Below are positions 1 through 9,380 of a stretch of 64,000 nucleotides of DNA, piece after piece. Position 1 is the first letter of the stretch. Each line of letters starts with the position of its first letter. Under the pieces are notes generated by a model. That model was not told the origin of the DNA. It worked only from the letters and a program-made list of their open reading frames with translations, and did no database searches. Origin of the DNA: Chloroflexota bacterium (GTDB lineage: Bacteria; Chloroflexota; Anaerolineae; UBA1429); assembly GCA_021372475.1 (NCBI GenBank), contig JAJFUJ010000139.1, forward strand, positions 9,535 through 73,534, given 5' to 3'. The position numbers were made by a program, and so were the translations under genes.

Positions 1-123
1 GTTGCGGCAGCAAGATTGGTACACGCTGCGCTCCGAGCTGGATGCTAACCCACGCAAAGCCTGGGGGCAAACGCTTTATCAACCCATCCCTTCGTGTCCG
101 CCGCTGTAATTCGGGCATCTCAT

Positions 124-163
124 CCATAAACAAAACATCCCTGGCATTATAACTCCAGGGATG
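124..163 (-). terminator. Rho-independent terminator downstream of the sigma factor gene
   Basis: Inverted repeat CATCCCTGG(136-144)/CCAGGGATG(155-163). On the minus strand it is followed by TTTTGTTTATG, just 3' of the stop at 179. Confidence 0.6.
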
Positions 164-178
164 TTAAGAAACTCGAAA

Positions 179-1441
179 CTAGACGAGATAATCGCGCAGT
201 TGACGGCTGCGGCTTGGGTGACGCAGGCGGTCCAGTGCTTCGTGCTCGATTTGACGGATGCGCTCGCGGGTTAGCCCGAACTTGCGCCCGACCTCTTCCA
301 GCGTATAGCTGCGTCCGTCCTGCAGTCCAAAACGTAGCCGCAGAATGCGAGCTTCACGTGGAGTAAGTGTCGTGAGGATATCCTCGAGTTTCTGCTGCAG
401 CATATGCTGGTAGGTCGAGTCGGAGGGGGTCGGTGCCTCGTCATCCGGGATAAAGCTGCCTAACTCGCTGTCCTCTTCCTCACCCACTGGTTTCTCGAGC
501 GAAAGCGGACGCTGCGATACCTTGAGCATCCACTGCACCTTTTGTGGTGGAAGTGCTAATTGGTCGGCAATCTCTTCCGGCGTTGGCTGGCGTCCCCAAT
601 CCTGTTCGAGCTGCTGTGCTACCTGATATACTTTGCGGATGCGGTCGCTCAAATGAACCGGCAGCCGAATCACGCGCCCCTGGTCGGCCAGAGCCCGAGT
701 GATTGCCTGGCGAATCCACCACGTAGCATAGGTACTGAAGCGGTGTCCTCGTCGATAATCAAACTTTTCAACTGCCTTGATCAGACCGAGGTTTCCTTCC
801 TGAATTAAATCCAGGAAGGGCACTCCCTGTCCAAGGTAACGCTTGGCGATGCTGACAACCAGGCGCGTATTGGCTTTGATGAGATGGGTGCGCGATGCCT
901 CGCCAAGTTCAATCACCTGCGACAGCCGATCCTTGTCATCCTCAGTTAAATTCTTGTTGGTGACATATTCCTTCTTGGCGAGCTGACCTTCTTCGAACTG
1001 GCGCGCCAAGGTCACTTCCTGTTTTGCGGTGAGCAGCGGAACGCGAGCCATTTCCTTGAGATACAGGCTGATAGTATCATCGCTGGATATCTCTGAGAGA
1101 TCAAAACGTTTATCTAGTTCGGATTCGGACTCGAGCGGCTCAACTTCGATAAACTCCTTATCATCCTCGGGTGTCTCTGGATGCTCAGCTTCGGCTTCGA
1201 CTTCGGCTTCAACCTCAGCTTCCTCCTCATCCTCTTTCTTGCCCTCATCATACATGACTTGCACACCCTCTTCGCTGAGGTGTATGAATAAGTCCTCCAG
1301 CTCAGCCATATTCTCCTCGACCTCAGGGAATACCGCCATAATATCGTCGAGGGTAACGTATCCTTGCTCTTCAGCCTTTGCTAGGAGTAGCTGAAGTGCT
1401 TTATTCTCCTTATCGTTTACTTTGAGTACCATTTCAACCAC
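179..1441 (-). CDS. sigA: Primary RNA polymerase sigma-70 factor (RpoD/SigA type)
   Basis: The C-terminal two-thirds carries sigma-70 regions 2–4 ([48 protein letters not shown]; region 4 with [15 protein letters not shown]...[17 protein letters not shown]). The N-terminus has the acidic region 1.1-like stretch. The start is GTG at 1441, or ATG 9 nt downstream. Confidence 0.93.
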   Translation of the reverse strand: MVEMVLKVNDKENKALQLLLAKAEEQGYVTLDDIMAVFPEVEENMAELEDLFIHLSEEGVQVMYDEGKKEDEEEAEVEAEVEAEAEHPETPEDDKEFIEVEPLESESELDKRFDLSEISSDDTISLYLKEMARVPLLTAKQEVTLARQFEEGQLAKKEYVTNKNLTEDDKDRLSQVIELGEASRTHLIKANTRLVVSIAKRYLGQGVPFLDLIQEGNLGLIKAVEKFDYRRGHRFSTYATWWIRQAITRALADQGRVIRLPVHLSDRIRKVYQVAQQLEQDWGRQPTPEEIADQLALPPQKVQWMLKVSQRPLSLEKPVGEEEDSELGSFIPDDEAPTPSDSTYQHMLQQKLEDILTTLTPREARILRLRFGLQDGRSYTLEEVGRKFGLTRERIRQIEHEALDRLRHPSRSRQLRDYLV

Positions 1442-1864
1442 CGCTTATAGAGTAAATTGCACTCGCTGACATAACATAATCCGCCCCGAAAACACTGAGG
1501 CGGATTATGAACTAGTTCACAAGTGGACGTTATTGCATCATAACTGGATAAAGCCGCCTCTAGAGCCTCCAAGTACGATACCGGCTAGCTCACATAGACA
1601 TCATACATAGTATTCAGCTCATCTTATCATGCTATTAAAGATATGTCAAGTTATTTTCCATTTTACGGCTAATGGCCAGTACCGTCAGAAATAAAACTCG
1701 ACTGTTTAATATAGCACATACGATACGATTTGTACAGTACCTATATTCGGAAATTACCTACATGTTGTAGGTCGATGCCTGCATTAGTAAGGCGGATATA
1801 CTTTGACGGTAATCTCATAGGTGTGTATGATAATGATGACAATGGTGAAAAGGTATCGAGGTTA

Positions 1865-2710
1865 GTGGCAGGAATAGGAAACGTTTTGCGGGAGACGCGA
1901 GAAGCTCAGAGACTGAGCTTACTTGACGTGGAGCGTGAAACGCGTATCCGTCATATATATCTACAGGCTTTGGAGGAAGAACGATTTGACGACCTGCCTG
2001 GTGATGTATATGCTCGCGGATTTATTCGCAACTATGCACTATCCCTAGGCCTAGATCCCCAACCGCTTCTTGAAGAGTATGATCATATACGTGAGGCTCC
2101 ACAACAAGACGAGACGGCAGTGTTAAATGAACCGCTCTTACCTCAACGTATTAATAACACCGGCGCGCGGGTGTTTCTCATCTTGATGGCCTTGCTTGTC
2201 ATATTATTGGTTGGTTGGTATGCATACAATCGTTTTTATGGGGGGGTAAGCCCTTCGGATTTACTGAGCCGTCTCGGAATAAAAGTGCACCAAACCAGCA
2301 CGCCGACCCTGGAACCTGGCCGGAGTGGTGAACTCGATACGCCATCGCCGACAGAGTTCTATACCCTAGCGCCCACAATTACAGCGACGCCGGAAGTGAC
2401 GGCGTCGCCGGCTCGCACGGCTTTTCCAACCCGCACTCCCACGGCTATCTCGGGTATTCTGATTGTAGCTGATGTGCTTGAGGATACTTGGGTACACGCC
2501 ATCGCTGATGGCGAAGTGATTTTCGATGGCGCCTTGACAGCCGGCGATCAGCGCACTTGGCAGGCTGCCAGCATCATCAGTCTGAGCATCGGCAATGCCG
2601 GCGGCATCAGCCTGACGGTAAACAATGTGCCTGTCGGTGTACTCGGTGCCAGCGGAGAACTAATCGATATGGATTATACGCTTGATACCTTGCCGACCCC
2701 AGCGCCCTGA
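1865..2710 (+). CDS. rodZ: RodZ-like cytoskeleton/HTH-XRE protein (N-terminal HTH, one TM, Thr/Pro-rich linker, C-terminal DUF4115-like domain)
   Basis: Motif LRETREAQRLSLLDVERETRIRHIYLQALEEERFDDLPGDVYARGFIRNYALSLGLD matches the RodZ HTH region. A TM helix (FLILMALLVILLVGWYAY) follows. The six-frame ORF begins at 1730, but a GTG at 1865 with a GAGG Shine-Dalgarno 4 nt upstream fits the conserved N-terminus better. Confidence 0.7.
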   Translation: MAGIGNVLRETREAQRLSLLDVERETRIRHIYLQALEEERFDDLPGDVYARGFIRNYALSLGLDPQPLLEEYDHIREAPQQDETAVLNEPLLPQRINNTGARVFLILMALLVILLVGWYAYNRFYGGVSPSDLLSRLGIKVHQTSTPTLEPGRSGELDTPSPTEFYTLAPTITATPEVTASPARTAFPTRTPTAISGILIVADVLEDTWVHAIADGEVIFDGALTAGDQRTWQAASIISLSIGNAGGISLTVNNVPVGVLGASGELIDMDYTLDTLPTPAP

Positions 2711-2753
2711 CTGCATCAACCTCGTTGTAAATCCCGCCTGTTTAGGTTGATTT

Positions 2754-4073
2754 ATGCGTTTTTACCTTGTTACCCTCGGGTGCCCCAAAAATAGCGTTGA
2801 TAGTGAGATGATGGCATCGCTGCTGCGCCAGGACGGCCACCAGCCAGTGAGTGATGCCCGTCATGCGGATGTATTAATCGTCAATACCTGCGCTTTTATC
2901 GCCGATGCGCGCAGCGAGTCATTCTCTGCCATCCATGAACTGGCCCTTCGCAAGCGGCGCTGGCAGCGTTTGGTTGTGGTGGGCTGCATGGTCGAACGCG
3001 ATTCGGATGAAATTAAGCGCCGCGCCCCCGCCGTCGATGCGCTGCTTGGGGCCCGCTCATGGCCGCAAATCCGTCAGATCGTAGCCGGTTTCCAGGAAGC
3101 GCGCCCAGGCTCAGCCTATGTTCCCGCGGAGATACAGGAGCGCGCCCTGGTGACTTCCGTCACCCGCATTCGGCAGGATGGAGCCAGCGCATATATCAAA
3201 ATCGCCGATGGCTGCGATGCTTCCTGCGGTTATTGTGCAATTCCGCTTATCAAAGGCCCACAGCACAGCAAACAGCCTGCCGATGTTCTCCGCGAAGCCC
3301 GCGAACTAGCGGCGCAAGGGGTACGCGAGATTACCCTGATTGCTCAAGATACCACGGCTTATGGGCGCGACCTGGGATTTACCGATGCCCTGCCGGATCT
3401 GGTCGAGACGCTTAGCTGTGCATTGCCGGAGCTCCTGTGGTTGCGCATCCTGTATGCTTATCCTCAGCATATAACGCCGCGGCTTATCGCGTGCATAACA
3501 GCCATGCCAAACGTATGCCATTATCTCGACGTTCCCCTGCAGCACGGCGCGCCAAGCGTGCTGCGGCGCATGCGCCGTTCGGATAATATCCCAGACATGC
3601 TGCAGACGATTCAAGCGCTGCGTGAGGCTGTGCCCGATATCGCGCTGCGCTCGACCTTTATCGTTGGTTATCCTGGTGAGACCGATGATGAATTCGAACA
3701 GCTTCTGGAGTTTATGCAGCTAATCCACTTTGATAATGTAGGCGTCTTTCGCTATTCACGGGAGAGAGGGACTTTTGCTGCCGATTTGCCAGGCCAGGTA
3801 CCGGCGGAGGTTGCCGAAGAACGCTTCCAGCGAGCAATGCTCGCGCAGCAGCAGATATCGCTTCAGAATAATCTTGCTCAGGTTGGGCGCCGTATGCAAG
3901 TGCTTGTCGAAGGCGCATCCGGCGGGCTAACGATTGGTCGTTGCTACCGGCAGGCGCCGGAAATAGACGGCCTGACCCTGATATCGGGTAGCGCGCAAGC
4001 GGGCAGTGTGCTTTCGGTAGCTATCGTCAGTGCGCAGGAATACGATTTGCGGGGAGAGCTTGCGGCGACATAA
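2754..4073 (+). CDS. rimO: Ribosomal protein S12 methylthiotransferase RimO (MiaB-family radical SAM)
   Basis: N-terminal MTTase domain (YLVTLGCPKN, three-Cys region). Radical-SAM CxxxCxxC appears as CDASCGYC. A C-terminal TRAM-like domain is present. Length 439 aa. Confidence 0.85.
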   Translation: MRFYLVTLGCPKNSVDSEMMASLLRQDGHQPVSDARHADVLIVNTCAFIADARSESFSAIHELALRKRRWQRLVVVGCMVERDSDEIKRRAPAVDALLGARSWPQIRQIVAGFQEARPGSAYVPAEIQERALVTSVTRIRQDGASAYIKIADGCDASCGYCAIPLIKGPQHSKQPADVLREARELAAQGVREITLIAQDTTAYGRDLGFTDALPDLVETLSCALPELLWLRILYAYPQHITPRLIACITAMPNVCHYLDVPLQHGAPSVLRRMRRSDNIPDMLQTIQALREAVPDIALRSTFIVGYPGETDDEFEQLLEFMQLIHFDNVGVFRYSRERGTFAADLPGQVPAEVAEERFQRAMLAQQQISLQNNLAQVGRRMQVLVEGASGGLTIGRCYRQAPEIDGLTLISGSAQAGSVLSVAIVSAQEYDLRGELAAT

Positions 4074-4694
4074 CTAGCGCTGTCTGACCCAGAAACCTTC
4101 GGATAGCAGCGTTTGTTGATACAGCTTGAGCAGCAGTGGGTTTAGCCGGTTGAGTTCCTGCGGCTCTGCAAGGGCAAGGTATAGAGTCTGCGCCAGATAA
4201 TCGCTGGGGGAATCCGCGCCTAGTAGGTCGCTGCCGTATCCTAACTGCGCCAGTCTGCTAAACCGTTGTGCAGCTTCTGTCAGCGCCTGCGTTGAGCCGC
4301 AACCATCCGAAAACGATCCTCTCGCAGCCTGGAGCTCCTCTCCCAGCAGATCATCCAATAGACGCATTACTAGCAGAAAACTCTCCCTGCTATCGCCGGC
4401 TGCTTGTTCAGCGGAGATATATAGAACGCTTTCATAACTATTCCCTCGCCAGATCTGCGTGCCGGGAACGTAACGCGATTCGCCGCTATGAATGACGATG
4501 TGTCCGCGTGGTTGGGCTAGCCACCAGCGTAGCATACCATCGGGCAGAGGCGCAAGAATCTTTAGAAACGTTAGCCCCAGGTCCCAGACGGTCTCTATGC
4601 GGCCTTGTTGCGCGGGCAGCCCGTCGAGCGCGTCCGGAGCAACGTGAATCCGCTGCTGCCAGAGGACGTTATGGTAGTGTCCGTGCGTATCCAT
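4074..4694 (-). CDS. Hypothetical protein
   Basis: 206-aa ORF with coding-like composition, convergent with rimO (stops abut). No motif recognised. Confidence 0.5.
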   Translation of the reverse strand: MDTHGHYHNVLWQQRIHVAPDALDGLPAQQGRIETVWDLGLTFLKILAPLPDGMLRWWLAQPRGHIVIHSGESRYVPGTQIWRGNSYESVLYISAEQAAGDSRESFLLVMRLLDDLLGEELQAARGSFSDGCGSTQALTEAAQRFSRLAQLGYGSDLLGADSPSDYLAQTLYLALAEPQELNRLNPLLLKLYQQTLLSEGFWVRQR

Positions 4695-4823
4695 TCTTCT
4701 CCTTACCCAGATACATTAAGTGTAGCTCAACTCAGCCTCGGCGTCACTTGCCGGTTATGTGTTATTGCATACATTTGAATGTGTAGGGAGCAGTCCAAAT
4801 ACTCACATTATTAGGGAGTCTGG

Positions 4824-5690
4824 GTGGAAAAAGAAAATGCACACCTTCCGCTGGACAGCCGCGATGTGAAGGTGTGGCGCGATGAGCATCTGGAAAAGCA
4901 GCGAGTTGCTGTAGTGGCTGAGGAGCCCCTCATAATCAGCGTCAATGGGCAGCGTGTGGCGGCTCTGATGCGCCTCCCCGGCGATGAACGGGAGCTGGCT
5001 GCCGGATTCCTGGTAAGCGAGGGGATTATCCCTGATTTCTCCGCTATCTATACAATCCTGCATTGCAATAACGAGGTGGACGCCTCGCCTGCTCAGGATG
5101 ACCAGGTCGGCACGACCGGACGTAACCGCGTGGACGTTCAAGCAGCGCCGGAGCGCCTCAACCCTGAGGCGCGCCTGGATGTCCTGCGGCTAGTGCGCGC
5201 AGGCTGCGGGGCAGCCGAGGTGAATCCGAGCGTGTTGCAGCACACTCCGCTCGCCTCGGCGGTTACGTTTGATGCTCAGGTGTTGGCCGCAGCAGGTAAA
5301 GGCATACGCGACGGTCAGGCCGTTCATATGCAGGCTGGAGGAACACATGCTGCCGGCGTCTATTCTCGCCAGGGAGAATGTATCGTCCTCCGCGAGGATA
5401 TCGGCAGGCACAATGCCGTCGATAAAGCGTGCGGCTATTGTCTGCTAAATATGATCCCTCTGGATGATAAGTTGCTGCTCTGTTCGGGGCGGCTCTCTTA
5501 TGAGATGGTGAACAAAGTGCTCAACCTGGGCATCCCGGTCGTAGCCTCAATTTCATCTCCGACGGGGCTGGCCTTGCAGCTAGCGGATGCCGGCAATGTA
5601 ACCGTGGTTGGTTATCTGCGCGGCAGCCGCATGACGGTGTACACCCATCCGGAGCGTATTATCTTTCCGGCAGACGGCACGCTTCTCTAG
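4824..5690 (+). CDS. fdhD: Formate dehydrogenase accessory sulfurtransferase FdhD
   Basis: Matches the FdhD family throughout (LVSEGII, GGTHAAG, IGRHNAVDKACGYCLL). GTG start with an AGGGAG Shine-Dalgarno 7 nt upstream. Confidence 0.85.
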   Translation: MEKENAHLPLDSRDVKVWRDEHLEKQRVAVVAEEPLIISVNGQRVAALMRLPGDERELAAGFLVSEGIIPDFSAIYTILHCNNEVDASPAQDDQVGTTGRNRVDVQAAPERLNPEARLDVLRLVRAGCGAAEVNPSVLQHTPLASAVTFDAQVLAAAGKGIRDGQAVHMQAGGTHAAGVYSRQGECIVLREDIGRHNAVDKACGYCLLNMIPLDDKLLLCSGRLSYEMVNKVLNLGIPVVASISSPTGLALQLADAGNVTVVGYLRGSRMTVYTHPERIIFPADGTLL

Positions 5691-5699
5691 CTTCGGGTG

Positions 5700-7622
5700 C
5701 TAATTGGGCACATTCAAGCTGGCCAGGTCGATGTAATCCCCCAGCTCCTGGCCGTTTTTGCTGATGTGCAGACGTTCCCCGCCTTCCAGTTTGTACAATC
5801 CTATGCGGAGTGTCAGTTCCCCGGCCTGAGCGGTATCGGGAAGCAGAATGCCATAACGGTCGATGATATCTGCGCCAGGCTGCCAGGTGGTGGTCAACGC
5901 TGCTCCGCCACCCGGCTCGCTGTCGCGTTGGGCGACAATCTGGCCGTTCTCATCGAGCAGGTGGATGAACACCTTGTACCGCTCCGGGATGGCTGCTGCG
6001 GCCCGCCAATACAGCGCAACCTGGACGACATCCCCCGGCTTAACCCGCGGCGTTGTCAGCGTGTAACCCTCCAGTAAAATGGCATCTCCGAAAGCCAGGT
6101 CTGTTGATACCTGTGGCTGGCTGGATACCTCGGACGGCACCGCATACATAACCAGGCGCAAGTCGCCGTACCAGCGGTCGAGAGCCTTGTAGGTGTGCTG
6201 GTCCAGCCAGGTTTCGATAAAACGCCCCGGGTCGCTCTCATCGGTAGCCCAAAGGATGCCATATATACGCTTATGGGCGGCTACCAGTTCTTCCAACTGT
6301 CCCAGTACTATTTCCTGGTTCAGCGGTCGCGTCAACGGTAATGGTACGAGCTGCTGCGGCCCGTGAAAATAGTAGCCAACCGTCTCAACCTGGCTGGGAG
6401 CGTTTATCAGGATTGCATCGTTAGCCCCGGCCGTCCGTTGTATCTCTGCCACGATACCCCGATAATCATCGCGATAGAAGGCAGGGTCATAATATAGATG
6501 AGCTAGTGATACCAGTGAGGTGCTTAGTGCAAGCCCCAGGACTAGCGCAGTCAAAGCCCAGGCAACCCAACGCTTGCGCAACAAGCCATACGTTAACTGA
6601 CCTATTTCGATGGTTGCGCTGGCAAGCAGCAGTGCAAAAGCCGGATGCACCAGCAGCAGAAATTTGTCCTTCAGGAAGGGGCGTGAAAGCGATAATATGT
6701 AAAAGATAACCAGGGGGACCGCCAGGTAGAGGGTATATATCCAGGAGCGCTGCCTGCGTATGAGTGGGAGTATCACAGCAAGGCTCAGCATCACAATCCC
6801 GAGGATAACCACCAACTGACTTAACGGAATGGTTATGCCAAAGGCGAGCACCTGTCCAGCGCGCGCGAACAGTTGCCAGGCCGAGAGCGCTTCCCCTGCG
6901 GCCGGCCAGTTGGTAAGCGACCGCCACGATACAAGCAGCCATGGAATATACGCCGCAACCAAAAGGGCTTGCATACCGAGCCAGCGCAGTATCCACCCCC
7001 AGGAACGTTCTTTACCCTGGGCAAGCCATAACGCTAATACTGCACAGCTCTGCGCAAATATCACTGCAAAGGTGACATAATGGCTGTATACTGCACCGAT
7101 GCTGAGCGCCAGGTAGCCTATCGCCATCCCCCAGTGCCAGTGTTTTAACGGGGACGGCTTATCAGCTTCAGTGAGTTTGATAAAAGCCAACCATGAGGCA
7201 GCGCCCAGTAGCGCAGCCCACTCGTACATGCGCGTTTCCTGCGAGTAATAAACCTGCAGTGGTGATAGTGCGGTATACAAGGCCGCCAATACAGCCGCAT
7301 CGCGGTGCAGCAGCACACGTCCCAATATATATACAACCAGCACCAGGGCGCAGCCGGCCAGGGCTGAAAGGGCGCGTGCCGCAAATTCGGATATGCCTGC
7401 CAGCCTGACCCAGTAGTGCAGGACGAGGTAATAAAACGGGGGGTGTATATCGGCTGCGGCGTTGCGCAGGATAGTGGGGATATCGCGCTGCGCCAGCGCG
7501 ATGGTCGTGCCCTCATCGTTCCACAAGCTTTGTGCACCAAGGCGATAAAAGCGCAATACGGCAGCCAACAGCAGGATGACGGTCAGCAGCGCCCATTGCC
7601 AGCGTTCAGCTTTGCCCTTCAC
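5700..7622 (-). CDS. GT39/GT83-type (PMT/ArnT-like) membrane glycosyltransferase with a C-terminal extracytoplasmic domain
   Basis: Multi-TM N-terminal half with RFYRLGAQSLWNDEG, typical of PMT_2/ArnT-like glycosyltransferases. The listed ORF starts with TTG at 7667, overlapping the upstream gene by 62 nt. A GTG at 7620-7622 preceded by GAAGAGGGG gives a 14-nt overlap and is the more plausible start. Confidence 0.75.
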   Translation of the reverse strand: MKGKAERWQWALLTVILLLAAVLRFYRLGAQSLWNDEGTTIALAQRDIPTILRNAAADIHPPFYYLVLHYWVRLAGISEFAARALSALAGCALVLVVYILGRVLLHRDAAVLAALYTALSPLQVYYSQETRMYEWAALLGAASWLAFIKLTEADKPSPLKHWHWGMAIGYLALSIGAVYSHYVTFAVIFAQSCAVLALWLAQGKERSWGWILRWLGMQALLVAAYIPWLLVSWRSLTNWPAAGEALSAWQLFARAGQVLAFGITIPLSQLVVILGIVMLSLAVILPLIRRQRSWIYTLYLAVPLVIFYILSLSRPFLKDKFLLLVHPAFALLLASATIEIGQLTYGLLRKRWVAWALTALVLGLALSTSLVSLAHLYYDPAFYRDDYRGIVAEIQRTAGANDAILINAPSQVETVGYYFHGPQQLVPLPLTRPLNQEIVLGQLEELVAAHKRIYGILWATDESDPGRFIETWLDQHTYKALDRWYGDLRLVMYAVPSEVSSQPQVSTDLAFGDAILLEGYTLTTPRVKPGDVVQVALYWRAAAAIPERYKVFIHLLDENGQIVAQRDSEPGGGAALTTTWQPGADIIDRYGILLPDTAQAGELTLRIGLYKLEGGERLHISKNGQELGDYIDLASLNVPN

Positions 7623-9354
7623 GGGCCCCTCTTCGCGAATGGAATATGATAAACGCCGCGACTGCAATCAACAGCACGGCGCCGCCTATCCAGAGCCATT
7701 GAGGCCGCGATGTATTGCGGATAATAATACCGTCCAGATTGAGAGTGCCTTTGCTGACGACCACCCGAACCTGGTGGCTGCCGGCCGGCAAAGACCAGGC
7801 TAGGGATACCATCTGGCTGTTTGGCGAGTTGCTCGCAGCTAGCTGTACGTCCATTGGTGCGCGGTTATCTATAGTCACTGCAATTACTGCTGCTTCGGTC
7901 ATTGGGAATACGACCAACTGCATATCGGTGCCCTCGAAACTAAACTGCAGCTCGGAGCCTTGGCTGCCCTGCTGGTAAGCTCCCAACACAGCCTGTTCGT
8001 CCTTGACAAGCTGCCAGGCCCCCTGATAGTCGAGCGCCCAATGGTCTTCTTGAAAATAACCTGGCAATACTTTACGCGGCAAATGCGCCAGCTCTGTAAG
8101 CGCAGTATAGGCTGGCAGCGGACTGAAATCCGGCTCCAACAGGCGGAAGTAATACCACGGCTGATTGATTTCTGCGTCGGAAGGGCGCCGTAGGAACCAG
8201 TAGTTCATTACGCCCATCCACGGCCAGTTGCGCGCCGCACGCTGGTAGGCTTGCACGGCATAAGCAGCCTGTTCTTCCTCCGTTACCCGTCCATACGGCA
8301 CCGATTCAGTCATGGTTGCGGGCTGGGCATTCCAACCCACTTCGCTGGCCCAGATGGGTTTGTCGCTGTCGCCATGTTTGACCATTATCTGGCGCAGCAA
8401 CTGTACCCGCGAAAAGTTGGCGCGGTCGGTACTCGTGCGCAGGTCATTCGGGCCGGTCCACAGACCGTAGACCATCGCGCCCATAATATCATAGTTGCCT
8501 GCCAGGCCGGCATCATACATCATCTCCAAATAAGTGAGGTCGCTGATGTTGCGCGGTCCGAACTCGAGCGGGGTTTCTTCTGTGGTTTGCGCCAAGGCTG
8601 CTGATATGATGACGCAGTCAGGGTCCGCTTCCTTGGCGCGGCGGTAGGCAATCTGTAAAAGTTTGACATAGGCTGCCGGGTCAGCCGGCTGGTCGCCCCA
8701 TTCAGGGTAAATGTTGGGTTCGTTCCAGATTTGGTAATAGCGGATGCGCCCCTTGTAACGGCTGACTACCGCATAGACGTAATCGCCGAAATCTTCATAA
8801 TCGTCAGGGGGCGCCATTGTCCAGCCTTCTGCAGAGCCTACTGCGCGGCTCCAAGCCGGCGGTCGATCAAGGCGGGCGATGATCTGCACATCGTACTGCT
8901 CCGCCAAGTCAACGATACGGTCGTACTTGGCCCAGGCATCCACATCCCACTTGTGATCCCAGTAATCCCCCTTGGCGGATATTTCGATATCCTCCCATGG
9001 GAATTCCTGGCGAATCCAGCAGAATCCAGCTTCGCTGATCATCTGCAGCGACCGCTCGATTTTGGCGACCTCTACTTCCTGCTCGAGAAACGTGTTGACG
9101 CCGTATGGGCAGATGCCGGTGTAACGCATCGGGGTGTAAGGTTCTGTTTCCGGGGTGGGTTGAGTCAGATTGAGATATGCCAGAGCGAGCGTGCCTTTGA
9201 GCTGCTCGCCCAGGGTTCGCTCCCCGGTCCATGAAGCGAGCACCTGGCGCCACTGCGCTTGGGTGAACCACAACCCTGCGGCGATGATAGCGATAATAGC
9301 CAGGGTAATCGCTAACCAGCGCTTATGCTTCGGTATATTGCGTTGGCGGGGCAT
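7606..9354 (-). CDS. Membrane-anchored glycoside hydrolase, clan GH-A (GH5/GH39-like)
   Basis: N-terminal TM helix, then a TIM-barrel-like region with the acid/base motif QIWNEPN and a probable nucleophile motif IWASEVGW. A C-terminal TM helix follows. It is translationally coupled to the downstream GT39 gene. Confidence 0.7.
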   Translation of the reverse strand: MPRQRNIPKHKRWLAITLAIIAIIAAGLWFTQAQWRQVLASWTGERTLGEQLKGTLALAYLNLTQPTPETEPYTPMRYTGICPYGVNTFLEQEVEVAKIERSLQMISEAGFCWIRQEFPWEDIEISAKGDYWDHKWDVDAWAKYDRIVDLAEQYDVQIIARLDRPPAWSRAVGSAEGWTMAPPDDYEDFGDYVYAVVSRYKGRIRYYQIWNEPNIYPEWGDQPADPAAYVKLLQIAYRRAKEADPDCVIISAALAQTTEETPLEFGPRNISDLTYLEMMYDAGLAGNYDIMGAMVYGLWTGPNDLRTSTDRANFSRVQLLRQIMVKHGDSDKPIWASEVGWNAQPATMTESVPYGRVTEEEQAAYAVQAYQRAARNWPWMGVMNYWFLRRPSDAEINQPWYYFRLLEPDFSPLPAYTALTELAHLPRKVLPGYFQEDHWALDYQGAWQLVKDEQAVLGAYQQGSQGSELQFSFEGTDMQLVVFPMTEAAVIAVTIDNRAPMDVQLAASNSPNSQMVSLAWSLPAGSHQVRVVVSKGTLNLDGIIIRNTSRPQWLWIGGAVLLIAVAAFIIFHSRRGAREGQS

Positions 9355-9380
9355 CCCTTCTCCTTACCAGGTGGTACAGC

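Noticed and set aside
1029-1394. Ser-rich 121-aa plus-strand ORF
   Set aside because: It is the antisense frame of the acidic/Glu-rich region of sigA. It is compositionally artefactual.
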